Origin: an uncultured Candidatus Saccharibacteria bacterium
GTDB lineage: Bacteria; Patescibacteriota; Doudnabacteria; UBA920
Assembly: GCA_964477745.1 (NCBI GenBank)
Contig: CAYZEI010000001.1
Coordinates: forward strand, 64,393 to 128,392
Length of the DNA: 64,000 nucleotides
Direction of reading: 5' to 3'
Shown: positions 41,508 through 51,541 of the stretch, piece by piece
How the letters are laid out: each line of letters starts with the position of its first letter
How positions within the stretch are numbered: position 1 is the first letter of the stretch
Position numbers and translations under genes: made by a program
Notes under the pieces: model-generated
Told to the model about the DNA's origin: nothing
The model's database searches: none
Seen by the model: only the letters and a program-made list of their open reading frames with translations

Positions 41508-41580
41508 AGGTTAGTGGTTAGCATTTAGCATACAGCAGATAGACACAATACAATTATAGCATTTAACAAACTAATATTTG
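41500..41580. repeat. Direct duplication copy A (includes start of 40977..41507 gene and its upstream region)
   Basis: ~75 nt near-identical to 42415..42500. Confidence 0.75.
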
Positions 41581-41602
41581 CAGGAAAAATTGTTGAATAA
41601 TT

Positions 41603-42418
41603 TCATTTATTTATTGAATTTTCTAAAAATGGCTGGTACATCATAATTGCATGATTTGTAACAATTATTTCGTCTGAAATCTTTAAACCAGTTTTAATAT
41701 CATAAATAGTTCTTACTAGCTCGTTATTCCGCGTATAACCGCCCCACCATTCATGCTTAATTAAATGGTTGCGTTCACTTATAGAATATCTAATATTTAG
41801 TGGTTTATTACATAACCATCGACCAATCAAATAAGTTTCTGTCAGTTCAAGCTTTAATTGAAACGTTAAGTCTGTGTCATTTTTTATTTGAAGGTCAATA
41901 TTTGGGTAAGAACACGTGGCACCAGACCCAAAAGGCTGTGTTCTACTTACATCAGGAAACACATCATATGAATGCCTCCAGCGCTCTATAACCGCAAGCG
42001 GAGTATGTAACGTTGCCCAGTATATTAGGTTAGATAATTGACACAAACCACCGCCAATCCCTGCCTTAAACCCGCCCCGGTCTAATACCATTCCAGGCAA
42101 ATAACCTTTTAAACGTGTTGGTTTTCCAACAAGCAGCCAATAGGAAAAAACTTCTCCGGGTTTAATCACTAACCCGTCCAATTTTTTTATTGCTAATTTT
42201 AAGTTTTTTATCTTATTCAATTGCATCCACATATCAACATTTTTCAGTGGCCTAATAAGTAAGCTTTGATGCTGAAAAATTTCTTGCCCTATATTGAAAC
42301 TACATAATTCTTTGGAAAAATTATTTTTAGAAAACCGCCAATAAATATTCTTGCGAATAAGAAAATACATTTTGCCGATTATCAAACGTATCTTTGAACG
42401 ATATTTCGGCTTATTCAT
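41603..42418 (-). CDS. VanW-like protein
   Basis: GGGLCQLSNLIYWA core motif of VanW family (from memory). Confidence 0.55.
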   Translation of the reverse strand: MNKPKYRSKIRLIIGKMYFLIRKNIYWRFSKNNFSKELCSFNIGQEIFQHQSLLIRPLKNVDMWMQLNKIKNLKLAIKKLDGLVIKPGEVFSYWLLVGKPTRLKGYLPGMVLDRGGFKAGIGGGLCQLSNLIYWATLHTPLAVIERWRHSYDVFPDVSRTQPFGSGATCSYPNIDLQIKNDTDLTFQLKLELTETYLIGRWLCNKPLNIRYSISERNHLIKHEWWGGYTRNNELVRTIYDIKTGLKISDEIIVTNHAIMMYQPFLENSINK

Positions 42419-42500
42419 AATATTATAATGTCATGCATGGGTTAGTAGTTAGCATTTAGTATTTAGCATACAGCAGATAGACACAATACAATTATAGCAT
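42415..42500. repeat. Direct duplication copy B upstream of VanW-like gene
   Basis: Contains ATGCATGACATTATAAT identical to first codons of 40977..41507 gene. Confidence 0.75.
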
Positions 42501-42571
42501 TAAGACAGCATTGCTTTGCAATACTGTCTTAAATTCGGATTATTCGGATGTAATTCGTAGTATTCGGATCG

Positions 42572-43801
42572 CTATTTCATTTTCTCTATTATCCTCTGTG
42601 CCGCCAACACATATGCCGCGTTTCTAAATGTCGTGTTATATTTTTTCTGTAATTCATAGACATCGGCAAAGGCCTGTTTAATTTGCTTGGACAGTTTTTC
42701 CAACACATCTTCTTTACTCCAGGATTCATTATGCATATTTTGATACCACTCATAGTAACTTACACAAACCCCGCCGGAATTGGCCAAAATGTCAGGAATA
42801 ACCGGAATATTCTTTTTGGCAAAAATCACGTCAGCTTCCGGAGTGGTCGGACCATTGGCCATTTCCACAATTAGCTTGGCCTTAACCTTGTCCGCGTTCT
42901 CCGCAGTCAACACATTTTCCAAAGCGCCCGGCACCAAAACATCCACCGGCAATTCCAACAATTCGCTGTTGGTAATATTTTTTGCTCCGGCAAAATCTTT
43001 TAAACTACCGGTTTGTTTTTTGTGCGCGGTAACGGCTACCAAATCCAAACCTTTTTCGTTATAGATTCCACCCTTGGAGTCGGAAAGAGCCACAACAACA
43101 AAACTCAATTTTTGCGCCGCTTCGGCAAAAAAACTGGAAACATTTCCAAAACCCTGAAGAGCCACTGTGTTACCTTTAACAACCCCACCCAAGGAATTTT
43201 TTACAGCTTCTTCAAACACATGCACCCCGCCAAATCCGGTAGCCTCCGCTCGGCCTTCGCTTCCGCCTTTGCCCAACGGTTTACCCGTAAAGGTAGCCAA
43301 TGCTTTTGGGTTACCGGTAATTTTTTTATATTCATCAACCATCCATTCCATAATTTGGCCGTTGGTGTTTACATCCGGTGCCGGCACGTCTAACTCCGGA
43401 CCGATTACGGAATAAATCTTTTGCACAAAACCCCTAGACAAACGTTCCAATTCCCCTACCGATAATTCCTTCGGGTTAACAATAATTCCACCCTTACCAC
43501 CGCCGAACGGGACATTCACCACGGCATTTTTAAAACTCATCCAAAAACTTAAAGCCCGAACTTCATCCAGGTTCACATCTTGGTGATAGCGGATTCCGCC
43601 CTTATACGGACCACGGGAATTATTATGCTGACTCCTGAACCCTACAAAAATTTCCTGCTCTCCGCTATCCATGATTACCGGAATTGAAACTTCCACGTAC
43701 CGGTCCGGCATGGTTAGTTGTTGAATTTTATTCTTATCCAACTGAGCGATCTCCGCGGCTTGTAAAAGTTGGGCTTGAGCTGTCTTGAATGGGTTGGTCA
43801 T
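42572..43801 (-). CDS. gdh: Glutamate dehydrogenase (Glu/Leu/Phe/Val dehydrogenase family)
   Basis: KGGIRYHQDVNLDEV and FGGGKGG motifs. Confidence 0.9.
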   Translation of the reverse strand: MTNPFKTAQAQLLQAAEIAQLDKNKIQQLTMPDRYVEVSIPVIMDSGEQEIFVGFRSQHNNSRGPYKGGIRYHQDVNLDEVRALSFWMSFKNAVVNVPFGGGKGGIIVNPKELSVGELERLSRGFVQKIYSVIGPELDVPAPDVNTNGQIMEWMVDEYKKITGNPKALATFTGKPLGKGGSEGRAEATGFGGVHVFEEAVKNSLGGVVKGNTVALQGFGNVSSFFAEAAQKLSFVVVALSDSKGGIYNEKGLDLVAVTAHKKQTGSLKDFAGAKNITNSELLELPVDVLVPGALENVLTAENADKVKAKLIVEMANGPTTPEADVIFAKKNIPVIPDILANSGGVCVSYYEWYQNMHNESWSKEDVLEKLSKQIKQAFADVYELQKKYNTTFRNAAYVLAAQRIIEKMK

Positions 43802-43849
43802 ATAGTCAATTACTAATTACTTTTTTCTAATTTCTAATTACTGAATGAA

Positions 43850-44770
43850 CTATGATGTTTCTTCCACCGGGTTTTCGGCTAAGACCAGCAAAGTTACCGA
43901 AAGCAATAATATTAAAGTCCCAACAATTTGCCAAAGACTTAAACTAATTCCTAAAAATTTCCAGTTAACCACGGCCAAAGCCAGTGGGTAGCCTAGCTCC
44001 ATTAGTGTAGCCACTGAGGCGCGAGTATTTTTTAACCCATAATAATAGAGCAGGAGTGCAAAAAACCCGGTTATTAGGGCAATTATTAAGGTATTACGCC
44101 AAAATAGCGGGGTCATGGCGGAGAATTGGAAGCCCGAAGTCAGGCTTAAATATCCGGCTAAAAAGATAAATCCAAACACAAACCGCATCCCGTTTACCAA
44201 ATGTAAATTTAAATTAGTCATTAAACTTCTGCCCACCACTGTGCCACCGGCCCACAGTACAGCCGCACCCACGGCTAAGCCTGGACCAATTAAAGTAAAC
44301 TTTCCTGAGCTTAATAAAACCGCTGGGGAAGCCAAACCAAATGTTACTAAATAGGCACCGGCTAAAGCCGGAACGGCAAACAACCAAAACTTAGGATGCA
44401 ATTTTTCTTTTAAAAAAATTACGGCAAAAAAAATCGCGAATATCGGTTGTAGTTTTTGTAAAAGAGCCGCTACAGTAAAATTATAGTTCATGACCACGGC
44501 ACCTTGGACAAACATTAATGCCCCCAAGGCCGAGGCCCCGGCGCCAATATAAATTAATCCGAGCCATTGTTTTAGGCTCACATTTTTAATTTGCGCGCGA
44601 GCCATAAACAATCCCGGCAATGACACCACGGCATTTAGCAAATGTTCCAAAAAAGAAACAAAGGCCACGCCTAAGCCACCGACAAGGAGCGGTTTTCTAA
44701 ACGGTCCATCCCCGGCCCAAAGAAGCGAAGCAAGAAAAACAATAAATGGCGATAATTTTTTACGGGTCAT
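43850..44770 (-). CDS. EamA/DMT-family transporter
   Basis: 10 predicted TM segments in two repeats. Confidence 0.65.
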   Translation of the reverse strand: MTRKKLSPFIVFLASLLWAGDGPFRKPLLVGGLGVAFVSFLEHLLNAVVSLPGLFMARAQIKNVSLKQWLGLIYIGAGASALGALMFVQGAVVMNYNFTVAALLQKLQPIFAIFFAVIFLKEKLHPKFWLFAVPALAGAYLVTFGLASPAVLLSSGKFTLIGPGLAVGAAVLWAGGTVVGRSLMTNLNLHLVNGMRFVFGFIFLAGYLSLTSGFQFSAMTPLFWRNTLIIALITGFFALLLYYYGLKNTRASVATLMELGYPLALAVVNWKFLGISLSLWQIVGTLILLLSVTLLVLAENPVEETS

Positions 44771-44835
44771 AAATATTATAGAGATTTAGTGATAAAGAGA
44801 ATTAGAGAAAAAGATAGGGACATCACTACACAGAG

Positions 44836-45204
44836 CTAATATTTAGTTGGGGAGGTTTTCATTTTAGAAACTAAACTGGTCAACATTTTTTGAATTTCTG
44901 AATTTAAATTTTCTGCCTTATCGTAAGTAATTTTAGGATACTCGTTTTTAGCAATTATTAAATGAGTTTCCAATTCTGTAGAAGATCCATACGCAATATT
45001 TAAAAATCTAATAAATTCAATTTTATGATTCCTTCCCCACCCTTCAGCAATATTAGCCGGAATGGAAATTGCCGCCCGAATCATTTGCGATACTAGAATG
45101 AATTGCTCGGTTTTAGGTAATTGCTTGGCGATCTTGTAAATTTCTTTTACCAACTCAATTGCCTTTTGCCAAACAATTAACTCTTTATATGTACTTATCT
45201 TCAT
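44836..45204 (-). CDS. Four-helix-bundle protein (23S rRNA intervening-sequence protein family)
   Basis: LIVWQKA...IRAAISIPANIAEG...GSSTELETHL signature. Confidence 0.7.
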   Translation of the reverse strand: MKISTYKELIVWQKAIELVKEIYKIAKQLPKTEQFILVSQMIRAAISIPANIAEGWGRNHKIEFIRFLNIAYGSSTELETHLIIAKNEYPKITYDKAENLNSEIQKMLTSLVSKMKTSPTKY

Positions 45205-45226
45205 ATTATTTTGTCTAACTATTTCT

Positions 45227-45619
45227 CTATTTCTCTAACTTTCTAATTCTCTGTATATCTTTCTTTATCTGCATCTTTAACTCCGCTTCAGTTTTAAACT
45301 TCTTAAACGGTCTTAAATATTTTTGCAGAGTGACGGTAATTTTTTTCCCGTACAAATTTCCTTTAAAACCAATTAAGTGCGCTTCGAGTTTGGGTAGACC
45401 GGATTTATCTAACGGCCCGACAATGACCCCTGCGGGATAATCTTTTAATCTTTTTATTTTTAAATCTTTCAATTCTACATGCCCAGCATATATGCCAAAC
45501 TTAATATTTTGTTTCCGACGCGAATAACTGCGCCTATCCAAATTTGCAGTCGGAAAACCAATCTTCCGCCCGTACTTTTCTCCATGTATAACCTTGCCTG
45601 ATATTGTTATATCTTCCAT
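45227..45619 (-). CDS. Riboflavin kinase domain protein (no FAD synthetase domain)
   Basis: GKVIHGEKYGRKIGFPTANL motif. Confidence 0.7.
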   Translation of the reverse strand: MEDITISGKVIHGEKYGRKIGFPTANLDRRSYSRRKQNIKFGIYAGHVELKDLKIKRLKDYPAGVIVGPLDKSGLPKLEAHLIGFKGNLYGKKITVTLQKYLRPFKKFKTEAELKMQIKKDIQRIRKLEK

Positions 45620-45643
45620 TTGTATTATCCTATCTACTATATA

Positions 45644-46576
45644 CTAAATGCTTTCTGCTAAATACTTCTCCACATCCAATGCGGCCATACAGCCCATACC
45701 GGCTGCGCTTATGGCTTGGCGGTAACGCGGATCATTTACGTCCCCGGCAACAAACACGCCGGCAATATTGGTGTGGGTGTTGTTTTGTACTTTTATATAA
45801 CCCTTAGCGTCCGTCTCCACGCCGGCCGCGGCAAAAATTTTCGTTGCCGGGGTGTGGCCAATGGCCAAAAATATTCCTTGTAAAGACAAAACAGATTCCT
45901 CGCCTGACTGATTATCTTTAATCTTTAATCCTTCAACTGTGTTCTCGCCCACCACATCCAGCACTGCCACATTGGTCACAAAAGAAATTTTTGGGTTATC
46001 CTGCGCCCGCTTTAACATTATTTTTGAAGCTTTAAATTCCGCCCGACGATGGACAATATAAACTTTATTGGCAAAGCGGGTTAAAAAGTTGGCTTCTTCC
46101 ATAGCTGAGTCTCCCCCGCCAATTACGGCCACATCTTTTCCTTTAAAGAAAAACCCGTCGCAAGTGGCGCAAGCCGAAACTCCCTTACCCCTAAGGCGCT
46201 GTTCTCCGGGCAGGCCAAGCCAATTAGCTTCCGCGCCTGTGGCAATTATTACACTCTTGGCCAAATATTCACCTTTACCGGTTTTTACTTTAAACGGTTG
46301 CGCAGAAAAATCCACGCTCTCCACGTTCTCGGGCAAGATTGTGGTTTCAAACCGCTCTGCTTGCTTGGTCATATTATCCATTAGTTCCGGGCCCATAACA
46401 CCGTTAACAAACCCCGGAAAATTTTCCACTTCCGTAGTATCCATTAATTGTCCACCCGGCTTTAGTCCGGCTAAAACTAGTGGTTTTAATTCCGCTCGCC
46501 CGGCATAAATAGCCGCAGTTAACCCCGCAGGGCCGGAACCGATTATGATTACATTTTTGATTTCTTGATTGGTCAT
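45644..46576 (-). CDS. trxB: Thioredoxin reductase
   Basis: GSGPAG FAD motif, CATC redox centre, GGGDSA NADPH motif. Confidence 0.9.
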   Translation of the reverse strand: MTNQEIKNVIIIGSGPAGLTAAIYAGRAELKPLVLAGLKPGGQLMDTTEVENFPGFVNGVMGPELMDNMTKQAERFETTILPENVESVDFSAQPFKVKTGKGEYLAKSVIIATGAEANWLGLPGEQRLRGKGVSACATCDGFFFKGKDVAVIGGGDSAMEEANFLTRFANKVYIVHRRAEFKASKIMLKRAQDNPKISFVTNVAVLDVVGENTVEGLKIKDNQSGEESVLSLQGIFLAIGHTPATKIFAAAGVETDAKGYIKVQNNTHTNIAGVFVAGDVNDPRYRQAISAAGMGCMAALDVEKYLAESI

Positions 46577-46583
46577 ATATTTA

Positions 46584-46859
46584 TTAGTTTTGTTTACTAT
46601 AAAGTTTTAATAATTCAGATACCGCCGCTTTGCGCTTGTTGGTATTTTTACTGTTTACCGCATCCCATGCGCAAATTCCCAAATGCCCCTCCAGAATCAT
46701 TTGGTTAATTTTTTTTAGGGCTTCGATTACCGCGTGGTTTTGATTAATAATATCTAAGCAGTAAGCGCCTTGGTTAATCATTTTTTCCACAGCTTTTAAA
46801 TGCCCTTGGGCATAATGCACCCTTTTTACCACCTCTTGTTTATTCTTCTCTATCGTCAT
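46584..46859 (-). CDS. CsoR/RcnR-family metal-sensing repressor
   Basis: DUF156 pattern with Cys (YCLD) and His/Cys (EGHLGIC) ligands. Confidence 0.65.
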   Translation of the reverse strand: MTIEKNKQEVVKRVHYAQGHLKAVEKMINQGAYCLDIINQNHAVIEALKKINQMILEGHLGICAWDAVNSKNTNKRKAAVSELLKLYSKQN

Positions 46860-46950
46860 ATTACTTTGCTGTTAAATCTTAAATCCTCAATCTTAAATCT
46901 TAAATTTCCTACCCCCCTCCTGGGGGTCTTAAGTAACTATACTTTTTAAC

Positions 46951-46979
46951 TTGACGACTGTCAACCATTTCTCTATACT
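46951..46979 (+). promoter_or_regulatory. Sigma70-like promoter TTGACG-N17-TATACT
   Basis: Consensus hexamers and spacing upstream of small ORF 47073..47342. Confidence 0.5.
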
Positions 46980-47072
46980 GACCGGTCCACCGGCTAGTTT
47001 TGGGAGCCCCTAGCCAAAAAGGGTGGATAAAAGTTCTTTGAAAAATTAGTGAGGAGGGAAGAAAGGAAACTT

Positions 47073-47342
47073 ATGGAATCCTTGCTGTTCCTGATTTTGG
47101 CAGCCGGCGTCATGGTGCTCTGGAGTTTGCAACACAACTCCAAGCTCCACGAAGTACTGAGTAAACACTCAGTTAAGTCGGAAAAACTGCCCCAGGCCTT
47201 AGGCATGCTGATTATTTGCGCTCAAATTTCTGAGTTGCTGAAAGTCATTGAGCATGTATCTTTGGTCAATGTAGTCGCCGCCCTATTTTTACTGGCAATA
47301 GTGGCTGCAACTAAAACAGGAACAGAAGGAGGCTTGCACTAA
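47073..47342 (+). CDS. Small two-TM membrane protein (89 aa)
   Basis: GAGGAGGG RBS; terminator 47416..47447. Confidence 0.4.
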   Translation: MESLLFLILAAGVMVLWSLQHNSKLHEVLSKHSVKSEKLPQALGMLIICAQISELLKVIEHVSLVNVVAALFLLAIVAATKTGTEGGLH

Positions 47343-47492
47343 TTCCCCGCGCCGATTTCTCGGTAGCGGATGTTTAGTGCAAACTTTTCCAAAAGTTCCT
47401 GATGCAGAATTTGCAAACACCGCCCTTTATTCTAAAGGGCGGTGTTTCAGTTCCTATCTACTAAATGCTATATGCTATCTCCTAGTTACCAG

Positions 47493-48581
47493 CTACTTAT
47501 ACTCCCCCAAAATCACCGGCAATTCCAAAGTCTCACCGGAGCGTAAAATTTTGAAAGTCACTTGACTACCGGCCTGATATTTTTGAATAATTAAATCCAA
47601 TTCGTTGTTGTAACCTAATTTTTGTCCGTTAACCGCAATTACTATATCCCCCGCTTTAATTCCGGCCAGTGCTGCCGGCGTGTTTGGTGACACCGCGGAA
47701 ATAATTGCCCCGTCATCTACGGTTAAGTTATAAGTCAATTTACTTGCTTGATCTATAGTTTTAAATTGTACGCCTAAAAACGGCCGGGAAATTTTGCCAA
47801 AATCTTTTACCTGTTGTAAAGATTCTTTAACAATATTTATCGGGATAGAAAAATTTAAAGAATACCCGCCCGTGTCCATAAGGGTATTTAGCCCCACCAC
47901 CTCACCGGCCAAATTAATTAACGGCCCGCCACTATTACCGTTGCTAATGGCCGCGTCGGTTTGAATTAAATTATGGATGCGGGGAGCACTGCCGTCGGCC
48001 TCACTTAACGCCCGGCCCAACGCGGAAACTACTCCGCGAGTAACACTATTTTGATACCGCCCAAGCGAATTCCCAATGGCAAACACGGTTTGCCCGGTTT
48101 CTAGTGCGTCGGAATCCCCTAAGACAGCCGGAGTTAGTCCTGAACTCTCAATTTTTATAAATGCCACGTCGTCAAATTTGTCTAAAGCTAAAACTTTTGC
48201 CGGGAATCTTTTTCCGTCCGCCAAAATTACCCAATAATCCATATTTAAATCTTCCACCACATGATTATTGGTTACAATTAGCCCATTAGCTTCTAAAATA
48301 ATTCCGGTGCCGGAAATTTCCGTATTTACCGGCACACTAATACTCACACCAAACGAAGGGACGGTGGGCACGGATTTACTTAAACCTAAAATATTTACTA
48401 CCGAGGCTTTGGCTTTTCGCACGGCCAAAATGGCCTGTTGTTCATCGGTAATTCCAACGGCAGATTTTGCCCCCGGTTTAATCGGATTTAATTTTATATT
48501 CTGACTCACCGCCTGGTTTGAAAAAAAAATTATACTTAATACGGCAGTAGCTAAAATGATTTTTTTGTAATTTTGTATCAT
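47493..48581 (-). CDS. htrA: HtrA/DegP-family serine protease with PDZ domain
   Basis: TNNHVV His, GNSGGPL Ser motif, C-terminal PDZ. Confidence 0.85.
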   Translation of the reverse strand: MIQNYKKIILATAVLSIIFFSNQAVSQNIKLNPIKPGAKSAVGITDEQQAILAVRKAKASVVNILGLSKSVPTVPSFGVSISVPVNTEISGTGIILEANGLIVTNNHVVEDLNMDYWVILADGKRFPAKVLALDKFDDVAFIKIESSGLTPAVLGDSDALETGQTVFAIGNSLGRYQNSVTRGVVSALGRALSEADGSAPRIHNLIQTDAAISNGNSGGPLINLAGEVVGLNTLMDTGGYSLNFSIPINIVKESLQQVKDFGKISRPFLGVQFKTIDQASKLTYNLTVDDGAIISAVSPNTPAALAGIKAGDIVIAVNGQKLGYNNELDLIIQKYQAGSQVTFKILRSGETLELPVILGEYK

Positions 48582-48615
48582 AATCTTTAAATCTTTCTAT
48601 TTTTAAATCTTTAAA

Positions 48616-49542
48616 TTACTCTATCCCCAACTCCTGTAATTCCTCCAGCACCTGCCTGGTTGCTGCCATCCAATTAGGATTTTTAGGCTGAACATAAACA
48701 CCATTCATTTGTTCCAGTGTCCAATTACTGTAGCGTCTTTCCAATAACCGGTTAAAATCTTTTACCCAATCCCCTAAGGTGGCATATTTATGCCAGTATG
48801 GATGCCCGGGTTTAACCCCAATGTTGCTACAATTATTATCTACACAATTTCGGCCAAAAGTACTTTCCGCAAACGAAATGGCCAAAATTAATTTCCAATG
48901 TTTTTGTTCGGCAATAATGTCCGAGGCTTCCACAAACGGCGTTTTTTTAGCGGTTAAATAGGCGCGTAATTTTTCTTTCCGCAAAGCCATTCTTTCGGCT
49001 TCTTTTAACTGTTTGTTTTGTTCGGCAATGGAATTTAAATAATTTTCCAACTGACCAATGGTCATATTATACAACACGTCATTGGAGACATTGCTAATCG
49101 GGCCTAAGTTGCCAGTGTTTTGCATTGGGATTGAACCGGCCTGGGTTTGCTCAAAATCTTGGGCTGATGTTTTCTGAGTATTTAATGCTGTCCACGCGCC
49201 CCCGCCAAAGGCCACAATTAGCGCCACTATAATGGCGTACACTGGTACAGCTTTTTTTAAACTATTAAATTTTTTAAACTCAATTATAACCAGAGCTAGG
49301 TTATTTTTAAAAGCATAAAAGATGCCTGTAATTTTTTGTTGAGCCCTTTGCTGGATGCTATATGCCCCGCCTGCAGTCGCCTGAGGCTCCAGCTGATGGC
49401 GGGCAGGTATATGCTTGTTCCCAAGTTTCGGTGGCACTAAAAATTCGGTATAAAAAACTTCCACAGTAGGCTGTATTTTAACTTTAACAATGGGCTTTAA
49501 AGTCTTTGGCTTGGTTTTATTTATCCCGTCTAAGTTTCTCAT
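48616..49542 (-). CDS. Membrane-anchored putative peptidoglycan glucosaminidase-like protein; carries in-frame palindromic element
   Basis: C-terminal ...LAISFAESTFGRN...NIGVKPG resembles glucosaminidase domain; element A copy at 49364..49406. Confidence 0.4.
   Translation of the reverse strand: MRNLDGINKTKPKTLKPIVKVKIQPTVEVFYTEFLVPPKLGNKHIPARHQLEPQATAGGAYSIQQRAQQKITGIFYAFKNNLALVIIEFKKFNSLKKAVPVYAIIVALIVAFGGGAWTALNTQKTSAQDFEQTQAGSIPMQNTGNLGPISNVSNDVLYNMTIGQLENYLNSIAEQNKQLKEAERMALRKEKLRAYLTAKKTPFVEASDIIAEQKHWKLILAISFAESTFGRNCVDNNCSNIGVKPGHPYWHKYATLGDWVKDFNRLLERRYSNWTLEQMNGVYVQPKNPNWMAATRQVLEELQELGIE
49364..49406. repeat. In-frame palindromic element type A, copy 2
   Basis: 41/43 identity with 20926..20968; read on opposite strand yet remains in-frame. 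Confidence 0.7.
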
Positions 49543-49559
49543 TGGTCTTTTAAAAAGTT

Positions 49560-50309
49560 TTACGCCGATCTAATGTCCGCGTGTTTTTTATGATAAGGCC
49601 GTCCAAATAACACTGTCCACAAATAATTTAAACCATAGCGAAGCGGAGTGGCAAAAAATCCTTCTGCTCTCACTCTTCGGCCGGAAGCAAATATGGGCAA
49701 GCTTAAAGTAAACAACACATTCCCCACTTTATTCATGCGCTTGGCAATGTCCGCGTCTTCACCATAAAAATCAAACCCTTCGTTAAATCCGCCAATCTGC
49801 TCTAGTGCACTCCGCCGTAATACAAAGTTTCCGCCCTGTACCATAGAAGCGTTACGCAACACGAATCGATTAAACCAATACAACCCGTACACTATATAAT
49901 AGTAAACCGATACTCCGCGGTTAAACCAATTCGGCATATCGTAAAATACGTGCGGTCCACTTAAACAAACCAGATTGGGTTTTTCGTTATAAAATTTTTC
50001 TACGGTCTCGATCCAACCTTTAGGCATAATTGTGTCGGCATCTAAGTTGGCCACTAAATCCCCGGTTGCCACTTTAAAGCCGGCTTGGCGGGCGTAACTT
50101 ATACCTTTTTTTGGTTGATCCACCACTTTTACCTGCTTATAGCTTTGAGCAATATTTTTAGTCTGGTCAGTGCTGGCGTTGTTAACTACAATAATTTCAC
50201 CGGCAATATTTTTGCCTGCGGTTTCTTTAATTATAGAGTCTAAACAAAGTTTCAGATTATTTTCTTCGTTGTATGCCGGAATAACAAAACTTATTTTAAG
50301 GTTGTTCAT
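49560..50309 (-). CDS. Family 2 glycosyltransferase
   Basis: ISFVIPAYNEE...DAD motifs. Confidence 0.8.
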   Translation of the reverse strand: MNNLKISFVIPAYNEENNLKLCLDSIIKETAGKNIAGEIIVVNNASTDQTKNIAQSYKQVKVVDQPKKGISYARQAGFKVATGDLVANLDADTIMPKGWIETVEKFYNEKPNLVCLSGPHVFYDMPNWFNRGVSVYYYIVYGLYWFNRFVLRNASMVQGGNFVLRRSALEQIGGFNEGFDFYGEDADIAKRMNKVGNVLFTLSLPIFASGRRVRAEGFFATPLRYGLNYLWTVLFGRPYHKKHADIRSA

Positions 50310-50393
50310 TTATCTATTATAGCCCAACAAGGCAATCCTTTACAACTACCAATAGTTTGCTATGCTTTATAAACAATAATTAAAATCCATACT

Positions 50394-50822
50394 ATGCCTA
50401 AAGGATTTATTGCAAAAATTGAATTTACGATTAACGCAACACCGGAAAAAGTTTGGGAAGCTTTAACTAAGCCGGAAATAGTAAAAGAGTACTTATTTGG
50501 CACCAATTTGGTAACTGATTGGGTTGTTGGCGGGCCAATTAGCTACCAAGGTGAATGGGAAGGCAAGCCTTACGAAGACAAAGGAACGGTCTTGGAATTT
50601 ACTCCACCTTCCAAAATAGTTTCCACTTACTGGTCCAGTATGGGCGGTTTGCCGGATGCGCCGGAAAACTACAACACTTTAACTTACGAGTTGGAAAGTG
50701 TGGATGGTGGCACCAAGCTTACCCTCCTGCAAGATAATAACTCCACCGAAGAAAAACGAGACCACAGTCAGCAAAACTGGACCTTGGTGCTAAATAAAAT
50801 GAAAGAGATTTTGGAGAAATAA
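50394..50822 (+). CDS. SRPBCC (AHSA1/START-like) domain protein
   Basis: PEKVWEALTKPE motif. Confidence 0.65.
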   Translation: MPKGFIAKIEFTINATPEKVWEALTKPEIVKEYLFGTNLVTDWVVGGPISYQGEWEGKPYEDKGTVLEFTPPSKIVSTYWSSMGGLPDAPENYNTLTYELESVDGGTKLTLLQDNNSTEEKRDHSQQNWTLVLNKMKEILEK

Positions 50823-50869
50823 CTACAAATCAAAACACCCCCGACCGTATCGGGGGTGTTTTTAAAAAA

Positions 50870-51535
50870 CTACTTTATTTTAAACACTCCAGCTACGGTA
50901 AAAATAATTAGGGCGCAAAATATATAGGTTAAAGGCAATATTATAATTGGCGCGAAATATTTAAAAATGGAGTTAGAGCGATTGGCGGGTAACCGGTCTT
51001 GAATGCGTAAAAATGGTACCGCATTCATGGCATGATAATTTATTAACACATACGGAATAAAAATTAACAAACCAGGATTGGCTAAAAAAGACCGACTGCC
51101 ATCACCCAAACCCTGGCCCAAACCAAATAAAATTATAAACTGCCAGGCATTGTATTGGTACTTATTAATTAAATACCACACCACTCGGAAAATTACATAG
51201 TAAGCCGGAGCAGTAAGCAAAACATCAATGGCATAATTTTTTACCATATCCCCGACAGCCATTCCGGCGGTAAAACGCAAGCTCGGAAGTATTGGGCTGT
51301 AAATCATGTAAAAACCTTCTACAATGGAGGCGGAGATTACGCAAAATAAAATAAACTCTTTGCGAATATTGGTTGCGGTGCTTTTACCAAACTTTTTATA
51401 CGCCCACAAACTTAAAGCCAAATAACCCAAGATTAACATATGGGTAACATTGTCAGCAGAAAATTTACCTTTAGCAAAAACCAAGACAAATACCAGAATG
51501 GCCCAAACTAAATAAACTTTAAAATATTTTGGCAT
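50870..51535 (-). CDS. Integral membrane protein, unknown function
   Basis: Hydrophobicity. Confidence 0.45.
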   Translation of the reverse strand: MPKYFKVYLVWAILVFVLVFAKGKFSADNVTHMLILGYLALSLWAYKKFGKSTATNIRKEFILFCVISASIVEGFYMIYSPILPSLRFTAGMAVGDMVKNYAIDVLLTAPAYYVIFRVVWYLINKYQYNAWQFIILFGLGQGLGDGSRSFLANPGLLIFIPYVLINYHAMNAVPFLRIQDRLPANRSNSIFKYFAPIIILPLTYIFCALIIFTVAGVFKIK

Positions 51536-51541
51536 AAATTA

